64,000 bases of DNA, from NCBI GenBank assembly GCA_903904835.1, contig CAIVEI010000058.1:8580-72579 (forward strand). Direction: 5' to 3'. The position numbers were made by a program, and so were the translations under genes. The notes under the pieces were generated by a model. It made no database searches. It had not been told where the DNA came from and was given only the letters and a program-made list of their open reading frames with translations. Shown in pieces: positions 39,083-47,790 of the stretch (the stretch's first letter is position 1; each line of letters starts with the position of its first letter). Origin of the DNA: an uncultured Schlesneria sp. GTDB taxonomy: Bacteria > Planctomycetota > Planctomycetia > Planctomycetales > Planctomycetaceae.

Positions 39083-40369
39083 TCATTTTTTGATGCTACC
39101 GACCAATCCAGCCAGTTCGTGGATCGACGTTTCCAGCATGGCAAGCTTCGTTTTGTCGATATCGGCCTGATGAGATTTCGATTGCGACACCAATCGTGCC
39201 ATCTGTCTCGCGACACCGTTCAAGGTACGGCGCTGATCGGCGGTCAGGTTTCTTGCACTGACCATTCCCTTAAGTCGTGACCCCAATCCAAGGACTTGAA
39301 GCGAGGCGATTCGACCAGAGGCGAGGAAGGCCTTCATGGCATCGTCACCCTGATCACCATCGTCCTCGTCAGCTTTGAGTGCAGGTTGATCCGGGTAATT
39401 TGATGAGTGGATCCCTTCAAGTGCCGCCAGTTGCTCATGGAGTGATACGAGAATCTCACTCAATGCATCTTTCACAGCGGGGTTTTCAAGTGGCCCCATT
39501 GCGTCTTCAATATTGTGGCATGCGGCGGTCAACGAAGCATGAATCGCCGATACAACCGTTGAGCCGTATGGCTGGTCTCCCGTCCCGTCATCGTTGTCAT
39601 CCGAGTCGACCTGGCTATTATCGGCCACGGCATCTGTGTCATCGTCGTCTACTGGCTGAATTGAGTCTGTCATTCGTTTCTCCGTTGAAAATCCGATACC
39701 TGAACGTTTAAAGGGGGTTGCCACAGCGGTTAGAGACTTCATGATCGAAGGAGTAATCGGCTGTCCGCCGAGGCGATTACGATGCAGCATTTTCGCGACC
39801 GCATCGGGATTGACTCCGATCGCACACCACGACCATTCCTCAAGATCCCATTCTTCAACGATCAACACGTCCCCCTCGACCGGGTCGTGCCGCAGGCGGG
39901 ACTTGATCGGCGTCTCACGAACCGATGTCGCCCTGACGATTCCCTCGTCGATCAGCTCGAAGATCTGAGCCGCTTCGAGTGAGGACTGAGAAAACCACGA
40001 CGTTGCCTGAACGTCGTCGTCGGAAACCGTCACAGCCACCTGGCCATTCGCATCTCGCGAAGTGCCGATCGGCTGTCCGATTCCTTCCAGCCCGTGCGCC
40101 CACATGACGACGGGGTTCTTCGAATAGTTTTCCAAACGGCAGCCACGAGGGATCAGCAGGTCACCCACTCGATCGATCGTGGCCGTCGAAATCACTGCTC
40201 GTGCCGACATCGCCTTCCGGTCGACATCGGGTTGTCCGGAAAACTCAATTGCCAGCGATCGTCCTGTCGGCGCCAGCTTATAGTGACTGCCGGGTCGACG
40301 CGGTGTGTTAACAAGACTGTTAATCACCCGTGCGTCAGTGCGTCTGTTGTTGGTGTGTCGTGTTGTCAT
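39083..40369 (-). CDS. HK97-family prohead serine protease with long acidic/helical C-terminal (scaffold-like) extension
   Basis: VISTATIDRVGDLLIPRGCRLENYSKNPVVMWAHG and EEWSWCAIGVNPDA match the S78 pattern. Directly upstream of the capsid gene. ATG at 40369; the track start is a TTG. Confidence 0.75.
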   Translation of the reverse strand: MTTRHTNNRRTDARVINSLVNTPRRPGSHYKLAPTGRSLAIEFSGQPDVDRKAMSARAVISTATIDRVGDLLIPRGCRLENYSKNPVVMWAHGLEGIGQPIGTSRDANGQVAVTVSDDDVQATSWFSQSSLEAAQIFELIDEGIVRATSVRETPIKSRLRHDPVEGDVLIVEEWDLEEWSWCAIGVNPDAVAKMLHRNRLGGQPITPSIMKSLTAVATPFKRSGIGFSTEKRMTDSIQPVDDDDTDAVADNSQVDSDDNDDGTGDQPYGSTVVSAIHASLTAACHNIEDAMGPLENPAVKDALSEILVSLHEQLAALEGIHSSNYPDQPALKADEDDGDQGDDAMKAFLASGRIASLQVLGLGSRLKGMVSARNLTADQRRTLNGVARQMARLVSQSKSHQADIDKTKLAMLETSIHELAGLVGSIKK

Positions 40370-40590
40370 GGTGCGTATTAAACACAAGTGACGACAAAAC
40401 AACAATAAGAAAACACATGTAGTTTCTTAACGTTTGGAAGATGCTCATGAGAAATGAGAAAAAACGATGTTTGTGGCGACTTCAAAAAACGTCAAAACCC
40501 GGAGGGGATGGGGGTTAGGTTCAAAGTCCCTGTTTCGGGGATTTTCCCCGTTTGGGCGACGCCGAGATGATGTTTCCAAAAAACCGATCT

Positions 40591-40694
40591 GGGGTGCCAC
40601 GACTTGACCGTCTTCGGTAAGGCGTTAGTCTTCAAAGACGTTATCGAACCAGGAAGCCGCGGCCTTGTCGAAGACTCCAAAACCGTGGCACCCC
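40591..40694. repeat. 104-bp palindromic REP/MITE-like element (family H), copy 2, opposite orientation
   Basis: ggggtgccacgacttgacc...ccaaaaccgtggcacccc. Its reverse complement aligns with 33358-33460. Confidence 0.85.
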
Positions 40695-40811
40695 TGTTTT
40701 CCGACCGTCATGACACCGATCAGGCGTAACCGTGTTACCCGACCGGACCGGAGATTGGATGCTTCGTCAGCGCAGGGCGTGGCTCGCGATGCGAACTCTT
40801 CGCGACGTGGC

Positions 40812-43316
40812 TTAGGGGACAATCGCTTCCATTGCGATTTTGTTATAGATTTCGCGGGCTTTGTCGTAGGCGGCCTTTGCCGCAGGACGCTCTGATTCGC
40901 GGATGGCTCGTTGTTTGGAGTTCCAGCAAACATCAACCGCTTTTGCACACCATTCGGCGCTTTGTCGACTTGCACGAATTGGCTTTCCTTCCACTTCGAC
41001 AAAGATGGGATTCGTATGACAGGACGGCAGAATTCGCAGTGCAACCCAACTGGAATGTTTGATATCGATTTCAAATTCCAGGTGCTGCAAAGAGCCATCT
41101 GCGGCAATAGTTTTGGCCGCTGCAACCTCGCCATTAACGATCAACTCGACAGCGACCGTTCGCGTATCACCGATCCGACATCTTTCGAGATGCCAGTACG
41201 GCTTTTCGTCAAGTCGTTTCGACCGGATTGCTTCAGTCTCTGGCGTCGGTTTCTCTGCCAGCAAAGCTGCGGAATCACATGTGAAACGGACCTTTCCCGG
41301 CTTCGAAAGATCGAGTTGACTCGCTCGCCCGTTAACACCGATTTCACCCAACTCACAACGCGAAGACGACTCACCTATTTTAGACCCATCTTGCGACGCG
41401 CGTGAACCGGCTGTGCTGGCGGCGAGCGAAAAGAGATGGCTTAGGCCGTCTCCGCAGTAGCTACGGCCGTCTTTGAGGCCTTGGACCCAGTCGTCGTAGT
41501 TGAGTGGTTTATCTGTGGGCAGCTTTACATAGATGCGACCCAAGCCGACTTTGTCGCCATAAATACAGGGGAAATCGGTTTCTCCGCTGATCCGGGTTTT
41601 CATCCCGCAGTTCAGCGTGTGATACCAGATGTTGAGTTCCCAGATGGCCGGAGTATCGACCGCCGAGATAAAGTCGCAGGCACCGTGGGCGGTGGTCACG
41701 ATGAACTCGTTTGCTCCGATCCCATCGAAGCGAGGCATGGCGAGATCGGGCAGTTTGTCGGCGGCTCGTCCCTGCCAGCCGGTTGCAGCACCACCCCAGG
41801 GTCGGTCGGCAAATTTGCGAGAACCGTCAGGCATCACATCGGGCAGGGCGAGTCCCCAGCCACTGTGGCTGTACCCGACAACTCCCCCTTGTTTCTTACC
41901 CCATTCGAGGACGGGTTGAGTCCACGTCGGCCATTCTTCGAGCAACGTTGTTCCCGGATAGTCATCCTCAATCAGTTTGAGCAGACACAGGTGCCCTGCA
42001 TGTGATGAGGGGAATCCAGAAACTTCCACGTCGTAACGCATCAGGTAATTCGGTCGCGATAATGCGGATGTCTTCCCTTCAAAATATCGCTTCTGCGTGT
42101 ACCAGCAGGGACCCCAAGAGAGGACGCAGCCGACATTCAAATCTTCGCCCAGGATATGTCGCATCATGTCACCGGGTGTGACACCTTCGGTCGGGCTGTC
42201 GTAATGAGCACAGCCAGCCGCATGGACATGATGATCGCCCGAGAACCAGCCGCGTTTGGCCGCATGAATCCAGCGCCGAAGCTGAAAATCGAGACGCTGG
42301 CTGACACGTTCGGCCGACACATTAAACTTGTGAGTATCGACGTGATACTCGGGTCCGCGCTGAACAACGGCCGTGTATGCGCCGGGCGGAAGCATGACCG
42401 ATTCGCCATCAGCTCGATAGATTTGTTCGTGAAAGAAGAAATCGGGAGCCAGTCGACGAGCTGGATTGGGATAGACTCGACCATACGAATCACGAATCGT
42501 CAATGCAGCAAACGTCGGCGTTCCATCGAAATCCTTGATGCCAAGCACGACTTCGATTGCCGGAACACAATCGAAAAGCACAGGAAACGAGTTTCGAAAG
42601 CCGAGATCCTGCGTCCCCTGGCCGACATGAAAGCCAATCTGAGCTTCCCGTTTTCCGACATCGCGGCTGAAGAGTTGGATCACTCGATATTCAAGTTCTA
42701 AACCCGATAGGCCAGGTTTCAGCGGTTGCTTGTCGAACATCTGAGCGTCGAGAAACCGATTCGGAACATCGGCAGGTTGGACCAATTTTTCGTCGGTCAT
42801 CGGCTTTTCGCGGGAATTTTTCGTTCCCCGCTGATAAACAGGAAGCATGTTGACGCTCTCGGGAACCAGTGGTGCCGTCACCCCCGCCTCGTTTTGAACC
42901 TTGACCAGAAACGTCCGCCAACCTTGTTGTACCAACTGCTTCTGAGCAGGGCCTTCAATCACCGAAACCCGGCTTTCAGCGTTAATGGTGACCGCAACCA
43001 GACACCGTGGATCAAGCACGCGTTGAACAGCAGTTGTGGCATCCGCCTCGTCCGTCAGTTTCAGTGCCTCATCCAGTTTTTTCCGACTATCGACATCCAA
43101 CGGAGAACCAACGAATTCAAGTGCCTGAACCAGGCGTTCGGTCGCAGCGGTCAACGGTTGGCGTTCCACACGAGCCACCATTGGCCACTTCCCATCAGCT
43201 GCCAGCACAGCAGTGGTGTGATTGGCACAAAACACGAAGCCAATTAATAAAGGAACCCACGTCAGGATCGCGCGTCGTGCTGAAACACGAATCAGAATGC
43301 AAGACAGGTCGCGCAT
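40812..43316 (-). CDS. secreted CehA/McbA-family (PHP-like) metallohydrolase
   Basis: Signal peptide, ...WFSGDHHVHAAGCAHYDSPTEG..., ...GYSHSGWG..., ...GIGANEF... Confidence 0.65.
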   Translation of the reverse strand: MRDLSCILIRVSARRAILTWVPLLIGFVFCANHTTAVLAADGKWPMVARVERQPLTAATERLVQALEFVGSPLDVDSRKKLDEALKLTDEADATTAVQRVLDPRCLVAVTINAESRVSVIEGPAQKQLVQQGWRTFLVKVQNEAGVTAPLVPESVNMLPVYQRGTKNSREKPMTDEKLVQPADVPNRFLDAQMFDKQPLKPGLSGLELEYRVIQLFSRDVGKREAQIGFHVGQGTQDLGFRNSFPVLFDCVPAIEVVLGIKDFDGTPTFAALTIRDSYGRVYPNPARRLAPDFFFHEQIYRADGESVMLPPGAYTAVVQRGPEYHVDTHKFNVSAERVSQRLDFQLRRWIHAAKRGWFSGDHHVHAAGCAHYDSPTEGVTPGDMMRHILGEDLNVGCVLSWGPCWYTQKRYFEGKTSALSRPNYLMRYDVEVSGFPSSHAGHLCLLKLIEDDYPGTTLLEEWPTWTQPVLEWGKKQGGVVGYSHSGWGLALPDVMPDGSRKFADRPWGGAATGWQGRAADKLPDLAMPRFDGIGANEFIVTTAHGACDFISAVDTPAIWELNIWYHTLNCGMKTRISGETDFPCIYGDKVGLGRIYVKLPTDKPLNYDDWVQGLKDGRSYCGDGLSHLFSLAASTAGSRASQDGSKIGESSSRCELGEIGVNGRASQLDLSKPGKVRFTCDSAALLAEKPTPETEAIRSKRLDEKPYWHLERCRIGDTRTVAVELIVNGEVAAAKTIAADGSLQHLEFEIDIKHSSWVALRILPSCHTNPIFVEVEGKPIRASRQSAEWCAKAVDVCWNSKQRAIRESERPAAKAAYDKAREIYNKIAMEAIVP

Positions 43317-43452
43317 GAAAACTCTCCGAATCGATGATCAATCGCGGGAATCGACGAATTATCATGGAATTCGGAAAGAGAAGAGTCAATCAGCGACATC
43401 GAAAACTGTCGGTAACGAATCCAACAAATGTTCCAGCGCGGGTTTCGCCAAT

Positions 43453-45393
43453 TCATGGCGCCGATTCACTGTTGGGAGCGAATCGATAAATGCACTGCCC
43501 CACGGCGCTGTTTCTCATAAAATGAATCTCGCCGTTCTGGTCTTCGCCAAAGGCAAAAACTGGTAATCCTTTTTCGACAACTTGTTCGTTTCGAGTCGCT
43601 TTGCCTGTCCTTGCGTTGTAGGTCAGTGCCCAAATGCTGCCGCTGATGTAATCTGCATAAAGATATTTGCCCTTCAATTCCGGAATTCGGTCCAGATTGT
43701 AGACTCGGCCACCTGTGATCGATTTCCCTGTCGAATGATCGTACTCCCACACCGGATCAATTGGTTCCGATACCCCATCAACCGGCGGTCGGTTACCGAA
43801 TGGATGAGTTCCTTCCCGATTGCTCCATCCATAGTTTCCTCCCTTCACGATCACGTTAACTTCTTCAAAGATCTCTTGCCCGACATCACCACACCAAAGT
43901 CGACCGGTTGCCTTGTCAAACGAGATTCGCCAGGGATTTCGCAAGCCATGCGCATAGATTTCGGGTCTGGCCCCCTTGATTCCCACAAACGGATTGTCGC
44001 GAGGGATACCATATCGCACCCCGTCGGTTCGAGAATTCACATCAATCCGAATGATGGAGCCGAGCAATTGCCCTCGATTCTGCCCGTTTGCTTTCGGGTC
44101 GTAGCCCGAGCCGCCATCCCCGAATCCAACGTAGAGATAGCCGTCCGGACCAAATTCCATCGAACCGCCGTTGTGATTCTGATAAGGATGGTCGATGTCC
44201 AAAAGGACTTCTTCCGATTGAGGGTCGATTTTGTTCCGACCATCTTTGTCCAAACGATATCGAGCAATGATGCAATGATCGTTTTCTCGTTTCGTGTAGC
44301 AGACGAACAGTTGGCCATTGTTCTTGAAATCGGGGTGGACCGCTAATCCGAGCAAACCTTCTTCTTCCCGTCCGTTATCACTCCAGCGATTCACCTTGTT
44401 CTGAAGGTCGAGGATTAACGAAGCCTGTTCCACATCCGGTTTGTTTTCAAACGCAAAGACCCAGCCTCGTTGTTCGATCGCAAAAAGTCGATTTGAGTCA
44501 TCTTTGGCTGGCGTCAATTCCAATATTCTGAGCGGTTTATTGACAATCCCGCTTTCGCTTTCTTCTTCCCATCCCTCCCATTTGAGTTTCGGAAAAGCAG
44601 GTACAACCTTCACGTCGATTTTGCCGTCAATCGGTTGCGGGATGCTCCCGTCAGCAGGGAGTTCGCGAATCTTGATGTTTCGGAAAGAAACCTGATCGCC
44701 GTGATCTTGCAAGCAGAGATATCCCTCGACCATCTTTGCAAATTCTGGATATTTGGCGAACTTGCTCTTTCGAACCCTTTCGTTCCAATCGTTGTTACCA
44801 ACGTCGAATCGATAGTAGAGCACGCCATTCAGAGAAACCTCGCACTGATTACGGCCGACACGCAGGAATAGTTGGTTCCATTGTCCCACAGGTCGAGTTG
44901 CCTGGAGTTTGCTTCCTTCTTTTAACCAACCCGGCAGAATCGGTTCATACAGTTGATAGAGCGTCCCCGATGTCTGGGGATCGGTTCCTGCGACATTGTC
45001 CTGGATCTGGATCTCAGGGCCACTTTGCCAGGGACTGGGATTGTCTTCCGTCACACGAAACATTAATCCGCTATTGCCCCCTTTGGAGATTTGATACTCC
45101 AGCAGCAGATCAAAGTACTTATACTTTTTCTTCGTGATCAGATCTCCAGCCCCTTTGCCGACCCGAGTCAGCACTCCATCACGGACCTTCCAACCGTCCG
45201 AGACATTTTCTTTTTTGTAATTGCGCCAGCCGTCGGTCGATTGACCATCAAATAGCAGTTGCCATCCGCCGAGGCTTTCAGATTTCGACAACTGATTCGC
45301 AGGTAATTCCGCGTTAACCGGTCGAGAGACGCTCACGCAAACTGTGACGAATAAGAGATTGAAAAAAAGAGCCGTCGACCGGGTACAACGCAT
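43453..45393 (-). CDS. DUF1080 (3-keto-disaccharide hydrolase-like) domain fused to PQQ-dependent sugar/sorbosone dehydrogenase beta-propeller
   Basis: GWQLLFDGQSTDGWRNY...GNSGLMFRV...EIQIQD...LCLQDHGDQVSFRNIKIREL, then HNGGSMEFGPDGYLYVGFGDGG...HGLRNPWRISFD...GGNYGW. Signal peptide runs from the ATG at 45393. Confidence 0.8.
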   Translation of the reverse strand: MRCTRSTALFFNLLFVTVCVSVSRPVNAELPANQLSKSESLGGWQLLFDGQSTDGWRNYKKENVSDGWKVRDGVLTRVGKGAGDLITKKKYKYFDLLLEYQISKGGNSGLMFRVTEDNPSPWQSGPEIQIQDNVAGTDPQTSGTLYQLYEPILPGWLKEGSKLQATRPVGQWNQLFLRVGRNQCEVSLNGVLYYRFDVGNNDWNERVRKSKFAKYPEFAKMVEGYLCLQDHGDQVSFRNIKIRELPADGSIPQPIDGKIDVKVVPAFPKLKWEGWEEESESGIVNKPLRILELTPAKDDSNRLFAIEQRGWVFAFENKPDVEQASLILDLQNKVNRWSDNGREEEGLLGLAVHPDFKNNGQLFVCYTKRENDHCIIARYRLDKDGRNKIDPQSEEVLLDIDHPYQNHNGGSMEFGPDGYLYVGFGDGGSGYDPKANGQNRGQLLGSIIRIDVNSRTDGVRYGIPRDNPFVGIKGARPEIYAHGLRNPWRISFDKATGRLWCGDVGQEIFEEVNVIVKGGNYGWSNREGTHPFGNRPPVDGVSEPIDPVWEYDHSTGKSITGGRVYNLDRIPELKGKYLYADYISGSIWALTYNARTGKATRNEQVVEKGLPVFAFGEDQNGEIHFMRNSAVGQCIYRFAPNSESAP

Positions 45394-45696
45394 CGCAAAA
45401 TTCCTCCGTGAAGATTCCAACGACATCGGCCGAGTTGCTCTTCGACGGTAACCATCCTCCACCAGTCGTGGCAGGAAGTGTAATCGCGGACGGCAACAAT
45501 CACGAGTATCAATCTCACCATGAAGGACGAAATGTTGCCAGTCATCAGGACATCATAAGTCATTCCGATTTTTCGGTTCCTCGCACCTTATTCCTGTCTT
45601 TTCTACCCCCGGCCTTCGCGTCAGGGATGTGAAGGCCGACGTGCCGGACTGAGCGAATGCTTAGCCCGGCGCAGTTCGGAATCGGAATGTATTCCC

Positions 45697-45878
45697 ACGC
45701 GAGTGAACCAAGCCTCGACAAAAAAGGCGATGAAAGCCCTGCAAAAATCTATCGTTCGAGGCCACCCGTTCGGCTCAGAGTCATGGCAAGAGGCAACCAC
45801 CAAACAACTCGGACTCGAATTCCCATTTGGCCCTCGAAGGCCGCCCGAAAACGATGCTCGACGACGTATACTTTCGTG
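45697..45878 (+). pseudogene. C-terminal remnant of a COG1943 / IS200-like Y1 (REP-associated-type) transposase
   Basis: Frame reads ...TRVNQASTKKAMKALQKSIVRGHPFGSESWQEATTKQLGLEFPFGPRRPPEN. This matches the ...RVNEP...L..LR.SV.RG.PFG...W...TA..LGLESTLRPRGRP tail I recall for planctomycete members. The catalytic N-terminal part is absent. Confidence 0.45.
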
Positions 45879-45918
45879 ATCGCTTTCCAAATGTTAAGAA
45901 ACAGTGTTCATTTTTCTG

Positions 45919-45947
45919 TTGACGTGCGACAAAAATTTTTGTAATAT
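45919..45947 (+). promoter_or_regulatory. near-consensus sigma70-type promoter with no obvious downstream ORF
   Basis: TTGACG (45919-45924), a 17-nt spacer, then TAATAT (45942-45947). Confidence 0.35.
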
Positions 45948-46239
45948 AGTATTGGATTCTTGTTTTAGTGGATAGCCATGGTTGTATGGCAAGGGGAATC
46001 AAGAATAGCAGGTTGACATCCACGGCTCGCCTGGGTTTCCTGAGATCTATTACCTGACGACGACAACAATTGATCCTTGACATCTCGGAAATAAATTTTA
46101 CGCGGCTTACTGCGTCGTTCGTATGGGGCGGCGAAGCGCCGAGAGAGTTGACAGTAGTAAGTAGTGAGTGGAAACATCGGGTCATCGAATTCTTTTCTTG
46201 GCCTGGTCTACCCCATTCTCCTCGTCAACTTTCTGCCGC

Positions 46240-47030
46240 TTCGGCTGCCCGGCTCGCCTGGGAGGAATGATGGGATTCAAACTTGATCGAAGTCGATCGA
46301 ACTGCGTCGAAGTCGATCGAACTCGAATACCCCCAAAAAGCGGTGAAACAATCGCCAAAACCCTGTGCATTATGGGGAATGGTCGAAGTCGGTCGAACTC
46401 GATCGAACTTTGACACCAAAATACGAGGCGGGATTACAGCGGAAGGGAAGACAATAAAGCGTCCGAGGGCTTACGCCGCCCGGCTCACCAGGAAGGATGA
46501 TGGGATTCGAAGTCGGTCGAACTTGATCGAACTTTTGCACCAAATTTCGTGGCGGGGTTACGGCGGAACGGAAGAGAAGATTTTGAACAGAAGGACGCGA
46601 AGGTAACGAAGTGAAGAAGATTAGATGAGACCTTCGGTCGGTTGTGCGGGGTCAGGAGACCACTCGCACACAACAGAGGCGGGGTCGGGAGACCGCTCTC
46701 GCAACTGGGGAGTCGGATCGAACTCTATCGAACTCTGTCGAACTCTGTCGAACTCTGTCGAACTCAGGTGAAGTCGCGCGAACTCTGGTGAACTTTTTAC
46801 CGACAGAAACTGGGATGATGATCGCCAAAACCCTATGAATTATGAGGAATGGTCGAAGTCGCGCGAACTCTCGCGAACTTTTCGATCGAATTTCTCGGCG
46901 GTTCAATTTCAGTGGAATACGGTAAAGAATTCTTGAACAGAAGTTAACGAAGGTAACGAAGCGAAGAAATTACATGAGACCTTCGGCCGGTCGTTTGTGC
47001 GGGGTCGGGAGACCACTCGCACAACGGGAC
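46240..47030. repeat. mosaic of degenerate tandem/dispersed repeats (families A, B, C, D)
   Basis: At least three copies of ...TCGAACT(C/T).(A/G)TCGAACTTT.....GGCGG... units. Family B+C composites at 46583-46672 and 46933-47025. Five tandem 10-mers (A/G)TCGAACTCT at 46717-46766. ORFs here are repeat translations. Confidence 0.8.
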
Positions 47031-47145
47031 AAGGAAGACGGCTCGGGATGGAACTTTGCCCTCCCGAAGAGAATGCAGGCCGCTGGTGGGCCTCGGAGAC
47101 TCGACCGCACGCTACAGGTCACTCGACTTTCCAATTTGGTTCGTC

Positions 47146-47590
47146 CATTGTTGCGCAAACTTTTTCAGATCCCTGAAAACATCGAAAACACCGGTCATCC
47201 GCCAATGTTGCGCAAATGTTGTCATCGTCTCACATACCTTGTCCTTAGGGTTGGGTTACTCGAATCCGCCGCCGGGTTCTCGCCATAGTTGCGCAAACTT
47301 TCAGATCGCTGAAAACATCGAAAAAACCTGTTTTCTGCCATAGTTGCGCAAATGTTGTCGTCGTCTCAAATGCCTTGTCATTCGAGATCGGTGACTCGGA
47401 ACTTCCGCCAGGGTCTCTTCATAGTTGCTCAAACTTTACGACCACAGAATCATCGAAAAACACCGGTCATCTGCCAATGTTGCGCAAAAAGCTCCGAGAG
47501 TTGTGCGCCATCGTCGTGCAAACTGATATCCCAAGGAAAAGCTCGATAAACCGGCCAATGTTGCGCAAATAATTCCATAGTCGCGCAAAG
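47146..47590. repeat. three ~137-bp tandem units carrying eight CCA(A/T)(T/A)G-TTGCGCAA-A boxes
   Basis: Perfect palindrome TTGCGCAA at 47151, 47208, 47289, 47344, 47480 and 47561. Degenerate boxes at 47424 (TTGCTCAA) and 47581 (TCGCGCAA). Spacing between box starts runs 57, 81, 55, 80, 56, 81, 20 bp. Confidence 0.85.
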
Positions 47591-47790
47591 TTCTCAAATA
47601 AACGTTTTCGATCAGTTGCATCAGGAAACCGAAGCGGGTCGGGGAAAGTCCTTCGTAGCGGACGAAGGTGCTTATTGCGCGGAGAATTCCGTAAACTTTT
47701 GGCCGCTTGGCAGAGAAATCCAAACATCCAGGGTTTACACTCTGTCTGTTCGGTGATCGCCACACAAAAACTGCCAGGAATACCGTTTCT

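Larger units (their letters stand above)
24556..40405 (-). mobile_element. phage-derived head-tail gene cluster (siphovirus type) lacking recognisable portal, terminase, integrase, replication and lysis genes; defective prophage or GTA-like element
   Basis: Co-oriented, mostly overlapping genes from prohead protease through capsid, connectors, tail tube, G/GT chaperone and tape measure to distal tail genes. Flanked on both sides by ordinary cellular genes. Confidence 0.8.

Noticed and set aside
24556-40405. Contractile injection system, tailocin, T6SS-like element or encapsulin as interpretations of the phage-like cluster.
   Set aside because: I could not recognise a sheath, baseplate-wedge or VgrG-like gene. 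The presence of a prohead protease, capsid and connectors argues against a tailocin. The presence of connectors, tail tube and tape measure argues against an encapsulin.
40625-41134. 169-aa ORF, plus the ORFs at 33290-33568 and 33321-33872.
   Set aside because: They overlap the family H palindromic elements and, for the first, the 3' end of the metallohydrolase gene. The shared peptide strings (GWHGFGV.DKA..FWFDN) simply reflect the repeat.
46168-47572. Many 60-110-aa ORFs across the 46-47.6 kb region, for example 46974-47288, 47056-47343 and 47352-47549.
   Set aside because: They are translations of the dispersed or tandem repeats (GRETTRTQQRRG-, SNSVELCRT- and QCCAN-type peptides). They overlap each other in several frames and have no RBS or start context.
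46717-47590. Possible CRISPR array, suggested by the regularly spaced short repeats.
   Set aside because: The sequences between boxes are themselves repeated from unit to unit, so these are tandem units rather than unique spacers. The repeats are only 8-15 bp, and no cas genes are in the window.
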